This document shows positions 19,404-27,998 of a DNA stretch of 64,000 nucleotides, in pieces. How positions within the stretch are numbered: position 1 is the stretch's first letter; every line of letters starts with the position of its first letter. The translations under genes were made by a program, and so were the position numbers. The DNA is from a virus (lineage: Duplodnaviria > Caudoviricetes). The DNA lies in the IMG/VR virus record IMGVR_UViG_3300016476_001378. One strand, written 5' to 3'. The notes below the pieces were generated by a model. That model was not told the origin of the DNA. It did not search any database and worked only from the letters and a program-made list of their open reading frames with translations.

Positions 19404-20141
19404 ATGAACTTTTCACTTGACACTAAAAAAATAAATTACAAGCCAAGTGTAGTTGTAGCTGTAGCGGGTCATTCCTATACACCTAACTTTGTCTTCAGTT
19501 GGAGTAAATTCACAGTTTCTGTGGCAAATACCCAGAAGATCAACATGACTTACACAAATGCTTATTCGCCAAACATTTACCACTGTAGAAACATTCTGCT
19601 TGGTGGTAACAATCTTGGTGGTACTTATCAGCCACCCTGGGGCGGTAAATTTAATTATGATTACATCATGTTTATTGATACCGACCAAGTCTTTGAGCCA
19701 GAAGATGCCTACCGCTTGATTGATACTATGGAATCCAATCCAAAGATTGATGTTCTTGCTGGTATGTATGTCATGGCTGACAATACTTTGTCTACAGTTA
19801 TTCTTGACTGGGATGAAGAGTTCTTTTCAGAGCATGGACGTTTTGATTTCAAGACACCACGTCAAATGCAGGAACTCGGCAAGGCATCACCAAACGGCTT
19901 GGTAAAGGCTTTCTATGGTGGTCTTGGCTTCTCCATTTTCCGCAAGGGAGTATTTGATAAGTTGGAGTATCCATGGTTTGAGCCTATTACTCACAAGGTT
20001 GGTCGTGGGACAGACCTCATGGGCGAAGATGTTTCGCTATTCTGGAAGCTTAATCAAAAGGGCGTAGATTTCTGGGTAGATCCATTTATCTACGTTGGAC
20101 ATGAGAAGCATCAGATTCTCAAGCCACCAGCTCTCGTTTAA
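19404..20141 (+). CDS. GT-A fold glycosyltransferase-like protein
   Basis: YDYIMFIDTD, GLGF, PWF, GEDVSLF, VGHEK. Confidence 0.75.
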   Translation: MNFSLDTKKINYKPSVVVAVAGHSYTPNFVFSWSKFTVSVANTQKINMTYTNAYSPNIYHCRNILLGGNNLGGTYQPPWGGKFNYDYIMFIDTDQVFEPEDAYRLIDTMESNPKIDVLAGMYVMADNTLSTVILDWDEEFFSEHGRFDFKTPRQMQELGKASPNGLVKAFYGGLGFSIFRKGVFDKLEYPWFEPITHKVGRGTDLMGEDVSLFWKLNQKGVDFWVDPFIYVGHEKHQILKPPALV

Positions 20142-20147
20142 TCGAAG

Positions 20148-20179
20148 AAAATAAAACCGCCTTTCGGCGGTTTTATTTT
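20148..20179. terminator. Bidirectional intrinsic terminator
   Basis: aaaataaaaccgcc-tttc-ggcggttttatttt between convergent genes. Confidence 0.8.
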
Positions 20180-20304
20180 TTATGTGAATCAAAGCATTTT
20201 TCAGCTTCAGATTTAAGCAAGTATTGCTTGCCACACTCTTTACAAGCGTAATTCATCACCTGGAGCCAACCCATGCTGTTCTTCTGTACTGTTTTTGTTT
20301 CCAT
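20173..20304 (-). CDS. 43-aa zinc-finger-like microprotein (CxxC-x12-C-x3-H)
   Basis: Not in the ORF track. METKTVQKNSMGWLQVMNYACKECGKQYLLKSEAEKCFDSHKK; TGTATAAT 8 nt upstream of the ATG. Confidence 0.6.
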   Translation of the reverse strand: METKTVQKNSMGWLQVMNYACKECGKQYLLKSEAEKCFDSHKK

Positions 20305-20321
20305 GATAACTAATTATACAG

Positions 20322-20351
20322 AAAGCCCCCTTAAATTAATAAGGGGGCTTT
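20322..20351 (-). terminator. Intrinsic terminator
   Basis: aaagccccctta/taagggggcttt. Confidence 0.75.
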
Positions 20352-20357
20352 TATTTC

Positions 20358-20540
20358 TGAAGCCTGCGCGACTTCACTCAACCAACCGTTTCAACACCCT
20401 CCTCAAGGCCCCATCTCTCCTTGATAGCAAGCGAAATAGCTTAAAATACTTGCCTTAGAGTTTGTTAAAATAACCTCGGTGTAATAAGGAGTCTCGCAAT
20501 AAGAGGGTGGCAAGACTCAACCGACAATTGGTTCTTTCTG
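20358..20540 (-). ncRNA. Unidentified structured ncRNA (~185 nt; multi-stem, possible pseudoknot; 6S-like fold also possible)
   Basis: Closing helix 20524-33/20380-89; hairpin 20510-18/20489-97 whose loop is complementary to 20395-403; further stems; TACAAT upstream (20547-52) and terminator downstream. Confidence 0.55.
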
Positions 20541-20597
20541 TTTGCTATTGTACTCATTCAAGAATATTACAAGTTTTTTTGAAAAAACCTGCTTATC

Positions 20598-21200
20598 TTA
20601 CTCGCTAATTTTTCTTTCAGGTGGAGTAACGATATTATCAATGACTCCATAAGCTTTAGCTTCTGTAGCACTCATCCAATAATCTCTCTCACAGTCTCTT
20701 TTGACTTTCTTTTTATCTTGCTTTGTATGCTTCGACAGAATGTCTAAAAGTTGGTCATAGAGCTTGTTTGTTTCTGCAACTTGAATGTTGATGTCTGCAG
20801 CAGTGCCTTGGAATCCACTAGAAACTTGGTGAATCATGACTCTTGAATGCTGTAGGCAGCTCCTTGTTCCAGTGCCTCCAGCGAGTAGAACAGCTCCCAT
20901 AGATGCCGCAGATGCAAGGCAGGTTGTATTTACAGGAGAATCCATGAGTTGCATGACATCGTAGATGCCAAGTCCAGCACTAACACTACCTCCAGGACTA
21001 TTGATATAGAATTCAATTGGGAGACCCTTGGAACCCTTATCATGGTCAAGAAATAGGAATTGGGCGATGATCACACCTGCGGTCTGATCATTTACTTCAT
21101 CGTTAAGAATAACGATTCTGTCTTTAAGCAAACGGGAGAAGAGGTCATAAGAACGCTCTCCTCCCAATGGTGATTGTTCAACAACGTATGGTATTAACAT
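20598..21200 (-). CDS. clpP: ATP-dependent Clp protease proteolytic subunit
   Basis: YDLFSRLLKDRI, YINSPGGSV, AASMGA (Ser), MIHQ (His), ERD (Asp). Confidence 0.95.
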   Translation of the reverse strand: MLIPYVVEQSPLGGERSYDLFSRLLKDRIVILNDEVNDQTAGVIIAQFLFLDHDKGSKGLPIEFYINSPGGSVSAGLGIYDVMQLMDSPVNTTCLASAASMGAVLLAGGTGTRSCLQHSRVMIHQVSSGFQGTAADINIQVAETNKLYDQLLDILSKHTKQDKKKVKRDCERDYWMSATEAKAYGVIDNIVTPPERKISE

Positions 21201-21206
21201 ACCATA

Positions 21207-21503
21207 TTATTGTTGATTAATTTGGTTTTCCGCAATGAAATTTTCTAAATTAGATTTAGCTGTGTTTAAATTTTCCATCATGCTAGAAACTTCAGGCATG
21301 TCAGGCTTCATCTGCAGAATGTTTAAATTCAATTCAACAGCCCTCTTTAAATTTATGGCAGCGTCTATACCACCTTGAGGGTTGGAAAGAAATTTATTAA
21401 CTGCATCCAGAGTTTGAGTAAAATCTTTAATAGAATCCGCTTCTGCGTATCTTTGATTTTTCTCAAGCGCTGAAATAACTTTTGACAATTTAATTAAACT
21501 CAT
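21207..21503 (-). CDS. Hypothetical protein with N-terminal shared tag
   Basis: VISALEKNQRYAEADSI. Confidence 0.6.
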   Translation of the reverse strand: MSLIKLSKVISALEKNQRYAEADSIKDFTQTLDAVNKFLSNPQGGIDAAINLKRAVELNLNILQMKPDMPEVSSMMENLNTAKSNLENFIAENQINQQ

Positions 21504-21505
21504 AA

Positions 21506-22633
21506 TTAACCCTTGACCCAGAATTCAATAACATTATTGTCTATACCATAAGTATCTGCAATAGTTACACTTATTATACTGGTAAATGTTGATGCACCTG
21601 TAGATGTAATGTCAAAAAGTGTATCTTGCAATGTGTCAACTGGCATAGAGATAGTAGAAGAATAAGTTGTTCCATCAGCTCTACCTAAGACCAAAGTTAC
21701 AGGGAAAGTGGTAATGCCAGAAGGCATAGAGCCAGATGTAACATCAAATTTGTTCTTCATTACTAAAGCAGAATTTAATGAGATGGTCTTGTCTGCTACA
21801 AAAGAGCCCCATGCTCCAGAGGTTTTAGTAACAGAACCTAATTTGACAACTAATTCTTCATTCATAGATGAACGCCAAAGTGTTCTAAAGTTTTCTGACC
21901 ATACTGTGCTTACCAATGCATAAGCATCTTTAAAATAGGTTTTGAAACTTGCTCCGTACTGGGCGCTATAAAATGTATTCAAACCACTACAAACACTACC
22001 AAAGCTTGAATTTAATGTAATAGGAAGATTGATTTCAAGAGCTCTAGCTGTATTAATAAGAGTTTTAGCATTGTCAAATTCAGATTCAGTTTTCAAATCA
22101 TCAAAGCCTTTTCTAAATTCCTTAAGAAGGAATGAAGAAGTAGAACCTGATGGATACTCGCTAAATACGAGAGGTGTACTGCCAAGAGTTGGGTTTCCAC
22201 CTGACTGCAAGAAGAATACTTTATTCTCATTGACGGAACCCGACATTACTCTGACCTTAGAGAAATCTAAAATCTCAGAAGATGTGTCAAAATCAGATGC
22301 TCTTGTCAAAACATAAGGTGTGATAGTTGTAAGGATGTAGATGCCATTTTCATAACCATTGCTTTGATTCTTGACAAGAATTCTCTTACCAATGTCGAGT
22401 GACTGATTTAAAATGATGGTATCAACTGTTAAGTAACTTGCGCCAGTGATTGTTTTTGCACTGTTGTTATAAGTGCCTGTAAGCGCAGCGGTAGTAGCAA
22501 GTACAACGTCGTCAAGGTCGTATGTTGTAACATCTTCTGTCTGTGAGCGCAAAAGATTGTCAGCATCGCCAAGATAAGTTGTTAATGTGATGATTTGATT
22601 AAGATCTGCAGCAGAAGCATTACTGAATGACAT
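21506..22633 (-). CDS. Putative virion structural / tail-fibre-like protein
   Basis: Thr/Ser-rich; RILVKNQSNGYENGIY...LTRASDFD block typical of phage fibre proteins. Confidence 0.65.
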   Translation of the reverse strand: MSFSNASAADLNQIITLTTYLGDADNLLRSQTEDVTTYDLDDVVLATTAALTGTYNNSAKTITGASYLTVDTIILNQSLDIGKRILVKNQSNGYENGIYILTTITPYVLTRASDFDTSSEILDFSKVRVMSGSVNENKVFFLQSGGNPTLGSTPLVFSEYPSGSTSSFLLKEFRKGFDDLKTESEFDNAKTLINTARALEINLPITLNSSFGSVCSGLNTFYSAQYGASFKTYFKDAYALVSTVWSENFRTLWRSSMNEELVVKLGSVTKTSGAWGSFVADKTISLNSALVMKNKFDVTSGSMPSGITTFPVTLVLGRADGTTYSSTISMPVDTLQDTLFDITSTGASTFTSIISVTIADTYGIDNNVIEFWVKG

Positions 22634-22668
22634 ATTTTTAAACTCCGAAAGTTTCTCTTAGTTATTAG

Positions 22669-22694
22669 ATTATAAGAATTGTTATTTTTTACCT
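22669..22694 (-). promoter_or_regulatory. Putative phage promoter AGG-N17-TATAAT
   Basis: AGGtaaaaaataacaattctTATAAT. Confidence 0.55.
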
Positions 22695-22738
22695 ACAAAA
22701 TAAAAGGGGGCCCCTTTTTAAATAGAGGTCCCCTTTTA

Positions 22739-23290
22739 TTAATTAAATTTGCTTTTTAAATCATTTAGCGCGTCAGGTGGAACTCCTGACAAACTAACAT
22801 TTGTTATTCTTCCATCTGGAGCCTTTAAAACAAGATTATTCTCTGTGAGAGAATCTACCATAAGATAAGGTATGTTCTCATCATTTGTGGGAATTAAAGC
22901 GCCAGGTGAAACATAATTATGCAAAACCTTATCGCCCATGCGAGTTTCCAACACTGCACTAACAGTTCCATTAAACATAATTCCAGTTAGGCCATAATTA
23001 AAGCTTGGCAAGGGAATCTCTGCTTGTTGTCGGGGAGTTAATTTAGTTTCTGGAAAAGTAACCGAACTTCTTTTGGCTGAAATTTCAGTTAATTCTAGTT
23101 TGGGCTTTGCTTCAAAAGGATCGCTGCGCCAATCTTTTGCTTCTACCCTTAATGGTTCGAAAGCTTTTTTGCTCGGTTGAACTACTTGCGGGTCTGATGT
23201 AGTGGTTACTACAGGTGGATTATAAAAACAGCCACCTAGAAGAAATAAGAAGAGCGTAGCGTATTTTTTAAAAATTTCGCCCGCCACCAA
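22739..23290 (-). CDS. Putative lipoprotein, PilP/GspC-like
   Basis: Lipobox-like KKYATLFLFLLGGC; RSDPF and LTGIM...AVLE beta-domain reminiscent of PilP; coupled to the STN gene. Confidence 0.5.
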   Translation of the reverse strand: MVAGEIFKKYATLFLFLLGGCFYNPPVVTTTSDPQVVQPSKKAFEPLRVEAKDWRSDPFEAKPKLELTEISAKRSSVTFPETKLTPRQQAEIPLPSFNYGLTGIMFNGTVSAVLETRMGDKVLHNYVSPGALIPTNDENIPYLMVDSLTENNLVLKAPDGRITNVSLSGVPPDALNDLKSKFN

Positions 23291-23951
23291 AGCCTCCTAT
23301 ACCACCGTTCATTCCGCCGAAGGCTCCACCGCCACCGCCAAAGCCTCCCATTGCTCCTCCGCCCATTCCATTACCGTTGCCCATTCCAGCGCCTCCAAAA
23401 CCTCCCATAGAGCCACCCCCAAGGCCGCCAGCAGAACCGAAGCCACCACCGAAACCTCCATTGCCTATTCCTCCACCGCTAAATCTTGTAAATTGACTAA
23501 TGTTTAAAATGGGGCCTAATACAACTTGCAGATCAAATGGATCAATATAAACAAGAGGTATTCTTTCCCATGTAAGAGAGTTAATAGTCACAGATGGAAT
23601 TGGATCTGGTCCAGCAGTCTGTGGAACAGGAGTGATAACTCTTACCTTTACAATGTAAACATTGTTCTCTTTGGTATAGGTCAAAGGCTCAGTAGCTGCT
23701 CTCATGATTAGCTTTAAAGCATTTTCAAAAGGCTGGTCTGTAATTGTCATGGTAACAAAACCAGCAACATTGTTGTCAATAACAAAGTTATTAATGCCAG
23801 CTTGCTTGAAAGCCATCTCGAGAGTAGTTCTAATTGGAGCATCTTTCAGATCCAATGTAATACTAGGAGTGTTGGCACTCTGTGCAAATGTCGCCTTTGG
23901 CATAAGAACAAGAGAAAAACCAAATAATAAAACCAATAAAACTTTTTTCAT
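23268..23951 (-). CDS. Secreted STN (secretin/TonB N-terminal) domain protein with Gly-rich tail
   Basis: Signal peptide; ITLDLKDAPIRTTL...VAGFVTMTITDQPFENALKLI...YTKENNVYIV; GGFGG repeats. Confidence 0.75.
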   Translation of the reverse strand: MKKVLLVLLFGFSLVLMPKATFAQSANTPSITLDLKDAPIRTTLEMAFKQAGINNFVIDNNVAGFVTMTITDQPFENALKLIMRAATEPLTYTKENNVYIVKVRVITPVPQTAGPDPIPSVTINSLTWERIPLVYIDPFDLQVVLGPILNISQFTRFSGGGIGNGGFGGGFGSAGGLGGGSMGGFGGAGMGNGNGMGGGAMGGFGGGGGAFGGMNGGIGGFGGGRNF

Positions 23952-24032
23952 TTTTTATTGTCTCCCTAAAAGATAATTAATTTTTACCTTCTATAGGCTA
24001 ATTAACCTATAAAATATTATGGTACTAAAAAC

Positions 24033-24064
24033 AAAAGTCGCCCCAGGCCTTCGGAGCGACTTTT
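24033..24064 (-). terminator. Intrinsic terminator
   Basis: aaaagtcgc...gcgactttt. Confidence 0.7.
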
Positions 24065-24165
24065 TAGAGAATTCTCTTTGTTTAGATACCTTTGATATCC
24101 AATTGCCTTTCACAACTTCGACCACAGCTTCGGCGTGGTGTCCCTACATCTTAGTTCATTATAAA

Positions 24166-24498
24166 TTATACAACTTTTTTCTTCTTGCCAACATTCTCTC
24201 GAGCTTCTTTTCTGAGCTTTGTCAGATTTTTCTTGGCCTCTTTAACAGATTTAGATTTTTCAATAATAAGTTCATCTATCACTTCATTCAAAGTATCACC
24301 GTAGTGCTCAAAAACCTGCTTATAAATATCTTCTTTGCCACCATAAGGGTAAAAGACTCTGGGCTTATCATCGCCATCATCTTTAACAAGGAATGTTTCG
24401 ACACCATTTACACAGATCTGTCCATTAAAAGCAAGCTTTTTTGTTTTGCTGTCAATGGTAGTTAAGTCAATTGTCATAAATCCACAAGATAATTTCAT
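24166..24498 (-). CDS. Hypothetical protein
   Basis: 110-aa ORF with basic C-terminus. Confidence 0.6.
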   Translation of the reverse strand: MKLSCGFMTIDLTTIDSKTKKLAFNGQICVNGVETFLVKDDGDDKPRVFYPYGGKEDIYKQVFEHYGDTLNEVIDELIIEKSKSVKEAKKNLTKLRKEARENVGKKKKVV

Positions 24499-24502
24499 AC
24501 TA

Positions 24503-25150
24503 CTATAGTTGAACTTCTTGATTTTTTAAGATACAATATTTCTCTGCTTCGTCTATGTTGAATTTGCCATGGAACCCAAATTGCTTTTCTGGTTCAAATC
24601 TACCTCTGAGGGGATGGGGGTATTCGTAGGCAAAATTATTAGCGACGCTTAAAGGGGCATACTTTAAGCCATAATTTAAAGCTTCATAATATTTATTTAA
24701 GCATAAAAAGTTGTCTTCTGGGCAGCCTTCTGTTGTTTCAAATAATGAGCTAAATTCAAGAAACTTCTTACTTCTAAGAGAAAATCCACCATTGCCAACT
24801 CTTTGGCCAATAATGTATGTTTGATTCCAAGGGGCCCCTATGTAATCATAATTTAAGAAATCATTACTCCACATTTCAGGGTTGGTAATAAAACCATCGT
24901 TTTGTACAATTAAAACATAATCATTACTTAGGAATTTATTCAGCTGCAAACAAAAATCACTGTATTGTTCGGTCGATGAAATTTTATCTACTTTTATAAC
25001 TTCAAATCCATCTGGTTCTATGTCACTGTCTGTAAATAAGACAGTGCGACCAAATTGTATTTGTTGTGTACAAAGCTTTAAAACTTCTGCCGATCTTTCT
25101 GGCTCAACACAGTTTATGTTGACAATATCAATGTTACTTAGGTTTAGCAT
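24503..25150 (-). CDS. DUF5672 family glycosyltransferase-like protein
   Basis: QNDG, YDYIGAPW, VGNGGFSLRSKK, ED, FGFH. Confidence 0.85.
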   Translation of the reverse strand: MLNLSNIDIVNINCVEPERSAEVLKLCTQQIQFGRTVLFTDSDIEPDGFEVIKVDKISSTEQYSDFCLQLNKFLSNDYVLIVQNDGFITNPEMWSNDFLNYDYIGAPWNQTYIIGQRVGNGGFSLRSKKFLEFSSLFETTEGCPEDNFLCLNKYYEALNYGLKYAPLSVANNFAYEYPHPLRGRFEPEKQFGFHGKFNIDEAEKYCILKNQEVQL

Positions 25151-25174
25151 AATGAATAAAATAAAATTAAAAAC

Positions 25175-25804
25175 ATGAAGACTCTATTATTTTGTACATC
25201 TTACATCAACAACAACCATTTGCGATATTATGGTTGGTATAATTACTATAGTGAAATTTATCCTGAGTTTGATTTTCTAATCTTAAATGACGGGCCTATA
25301 AATCCTGTGGATTTACAAATAATTATCGACCACACTGGTGGTAGATTAAAAAAAGAGAATTTCATGGAATTTGACACTGTTTTGGGTCGTAACTGGCACT
25401 TACACTGGGGCTGGTGGCGATCATTTTTAACAGCTTTAAAGTATGGCAAAGAAAATTACGACAGGATTATTCACATAGAGTCTGATGCTGTCTTGGCTTC
25501 TAAAAGAGTGCAAGAATATTTCAGGCACAGAAATGAGGGCTGGGTTGCTTTAGGCTCACCAAAGTATGGCTTCCCAGAATCTGCGATTCAAAGTATAAGT
25601 AAAAATGCTTTTCATTTAATTGATACTTTGCCTGAAGAGTTTGATTTTAATACAATCGTTGAAGTTATGTTGCCTTTTGTCAGAGAAAGATATTTTATAG
25701 GTGACAGGTATGGCGAAGAGGGCAAATTGCCTGGATACCCAATAGACTATGCTTGTCAGTGGGAGTGGCATTGGGCTATACCCGATGAATGGATTATTAA
25801 ATAA
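25175..25804 (+). CDS. Hypothetical glycosyltransferase-like protein
   Basis: GWWRSF, IIHIESDA (DxD-like); in glycan-gene context. Confidence 0.5.
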   Translation: MKTLLFCTSYINNNHLRYYGWYNYYSEIYPEFDFLILNDGPINPVDLQIIIDHTGGRLKKENFMEFDTVLGRNWHLHWGWWRSFLTALKYGKENYDRIIHIESDAVLASKRVQEYFRHRNEGWVALGSPKYGFPESAIQSISKNAFHLIDTLPEEFDFNTIVEVMLPFVRERYFIGDRYGEEGKLPGYPIDYACQWEWHWAIPDEWIIK

Positions 25805-26448
25805 TGGAAATATTAGGCTGGCCTTCATTTGCAATAGAATCCGAATCTAGAGTTGCACCCTCTAGAGAACTTGTCGTTGCTGTTTATAAAGAGAATCTTT
25901 CTTGGCTTAAAGAAAGAAAATTTCCAGAAAAAATCTCAGCTTACAATAAAATGACAAGATTTGATTATAATTTTGCTGAAGAGCTTGAAAACATTGGCAG
26001 AGAATCGCATACCTATGTTTATCACATAGTAAAGCATTATGATAATTTAGCTGATTATACTACATTTGTTCAAGGCAGCCCACATCCACACTTCCATGAA
26101 GAGAATAACAACTACAATGTTGACATTTTCAATCATAAAATAGAGCCAACTAATGATTATCATCCTATGGGGATTTTTGTTATAACAGATCCTTTTGGCT
26201 CACCATTTTCTACTTGGGATTGTAATCTGTTTATTGTCTGGGAAGAGCTATTTTTGTCAGACCCTCCCCATCAATTTTTTGCAAACTATGGGGCCCAATT
26301 TACAGTTTCTAAAGAATTAATTAGAATGAGAAGCTTAACTTTTTGGAAAGAACTTTTGTTCTTGCATGAAAAGTATGGGCATCTGCCTTGGGCCCTAGAA
26401 ATTATGTGGTATTTTATTTTTGACCCTAGAATCAAATCTAAATTTTAA
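25804..26448 (+). CDS. DUF3431 family protein
   Basis: LENIGRESHTYVYHIVKHYDNLADYTTFVQG, AQFTVS, LE..W. Confidence 0.8.
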   Translation: MEILGWPSFAIESESRVAPSRELVVAVYKENLSWLKERKFPEKISAYNKMTRFDYNFAEELENIGRESHTYVYHIVKHYDNLADYTTFVQGSPHPHFHEENNNYNVDIFNHKIEPTNDYHPMGIFVITDPFGSPFSTWDCNLFIVWEELFLSDPPHQFFANYGAQFTVSKELIRMRSLTFWKELLFLHEKYGHLPWALEIMWYFIFDPRIKSKF

Positions 26449-26750
26449 ATATCTTTAGATTCATATTTATTGGGGCCACAAAATTTCATAAATTTATCCC
26501 AAATAAAATCGCCTTGCTCTGTTGTCAATGGTATTTTGACTATTGTATCAAACATCTCGCAATTAAAGATGTACTTATCTTCTTTGTAAACCCAAAGAAT
26601 TCCACTTGTGCCGTCTCTGAATGTAAGTTTAATTCCAGCAACACCCCTGTATCTTTGACGGAAAACAATGTTATCTTCAAATAAACAATTAGTTGCAATT
26701 TTATTTGATAATGATTTAAATAATTTATTATTTTGAATTAAATTTAACAT
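26445..26750 (-). CDS. Hypothetical protein
   Basis: 101-aa ORF. Confidence 0.55.
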   Translation of the reverse strand: MLNLIQNNKLFKSLSNKIATNCLFEDNIVFRQRYRGVAGIKLTFRDGTSGILWVYKEDKYIFNCEMFDTIVKIPLTTEQGDFIWDKFMKFCGPNKYESKDI

Positions 26751-26772
26751 TTTAGATTCACAAGATGGAATG

Positions 26773-27132
26773 TTACTTTTTTACTTTTACTTCGTAATAA
26801 GTTTTCTTCTCATCAGTTTCAAATTTAATGCTCATAAACTTCTCGAGTAAGAATTTGGTATCTTCAAAGTTCTTTTCAAAGATTTGAAACTTTTGCAACT
26901 TAATTTTATTAATTTCGTCTTTGTTGTAAGAGTATGTTGTAATTTTAGCAGCCCTAAAGAAATCATCAATGATTGTTGATGGCAGCACATACTTTGTGCT
27001 ATAAACTGTAAATACTTGTTCTTTTTTAGGCTTATCTTCAGATTGAACCAATGTTGGAACCTGTTGGCTGAAATCTTTAACAGGAGCTGTAAAAACACAA
27101 AGACAACCCACAATAGCGAATAACTTATCCAT
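26773..27132 (-). CDS. Hypothetical secreted protein
   Basis: Hydrophobic N-terminus; AAGGA SD. Confidence 0.55.
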   Translation of the reverse strand: MDKLFAIVGCLCVFTAPVKDFSQQVPTLVQSEDKPKKEQVFTVYSTKYVLPSTIIDDFFRAAKITTYSYNKDEINKIKLQKFQIFEKNFEDTKFLLEKFMSIKFETDEKKTYYEVKVKK

Positions 27133-27197
27133 AATTAAAATCCTTTTTATTTTATAGGACTGTGGGCTAATTGCCCTTACGATATTATAGTACTATT

Positions 27198-27926
27198 TCA
27201 CACGTTTTGTGTAGAAAATAAGTTTTGTAATTCTGTTGTGATTTCTTTTTGAAGCTCAGATGTTTGCTTCGGTGGATTCTTAGAATACATTTGATCTATT
27301 TTTTGTTTTAAAGTATCCATTCTTGCTTTATACCCACCCATGTTCTTTTGGGCATCAAGATGTGCTTTTAATTCATTAAATAGAGTGATGGCAAGATCGT
27401 ATTCTGCTTTTTTATTACTAGCAACCTGTTGCACATTTTTAACAGTTTGATCGAGGACATTGCCAGTAACTTGTTGTGTAGGTACAAATTTTTTAACAGC
27501 TTCTTGTAAAGCTTTGGCCGCTATTGTTGTATTTCTTAATAGCCCCATTGTGGTTAACACATTTGCTACCATTGGTGGGAGTTTTTCTGCATTGAGCTTA
27601 GCCCAATAATTCCTGTGAAGTATCTGTCTAACTTCCTCACCAGAAATTTTTTGAACACTTTGTGTAGGCTGATTTTGGCTCTTTCTGAATAAATCGTATT
27701 CAGCCTGTGTGACACCTTTTTGTGTAGCACCGCCACGACCAGCAGACCATTGTTTAAAACCGCCCTCTCCAGCTGCTGGATTTTCAGGATGCAAATTTAA
27801 ATTTACCCAATCATTAAAATTAGTGCCGTATTGCTTTGGGTCTAAAATTACATTTTTAGTCCAAGGGGCCTTTTCTGGAGGCATGACAAATTTATAGCCT
27901 TTGTTTTGGGAAGTTCTGTACCACAT
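27198..27926 (-). CDS. Glycoside hydrolase family 108 lysozyme-like protein with MWYRTSQ N-terminus
   Basis: EGG...GGATQKGVTQ...YW...LP signature. Confidence 0.75.
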   Translation of the reverse strand: MWYRTSQNKGYKFVMPPEKAPWTKNVILDPKQYGTNFNDWVNLNLHPENPAAGEGGFKQWSAGRGGATQKGVTQAEYDLFRKSQNQPTQSVQKISGEEVRQILHRNYWAKLNAEKLPPMVANVLTTMGLLRNTTIAAKALQEAVKKFVPTQQVTGNVLDQTVKNVQQVASNKKAEYDLAITLFNELKAHLDAQKNMGGYKARMDTLKQKIDQMYSKNPPKQTSELQKEITTELQNLFSTQNV

Positions 27927-27998
27927 AGTTTTTATTTTAAAGTTTATTTATGAAAAACCTATAAAGAAACCCCAGAGTTAATCTGGGGTTTCTAAAAA

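Noticed and set aside
23280-23480. GC-rich tandem repeat element
   Set aside because: Explained by the Gly-rich GGFGG coding tail of the STN protein.
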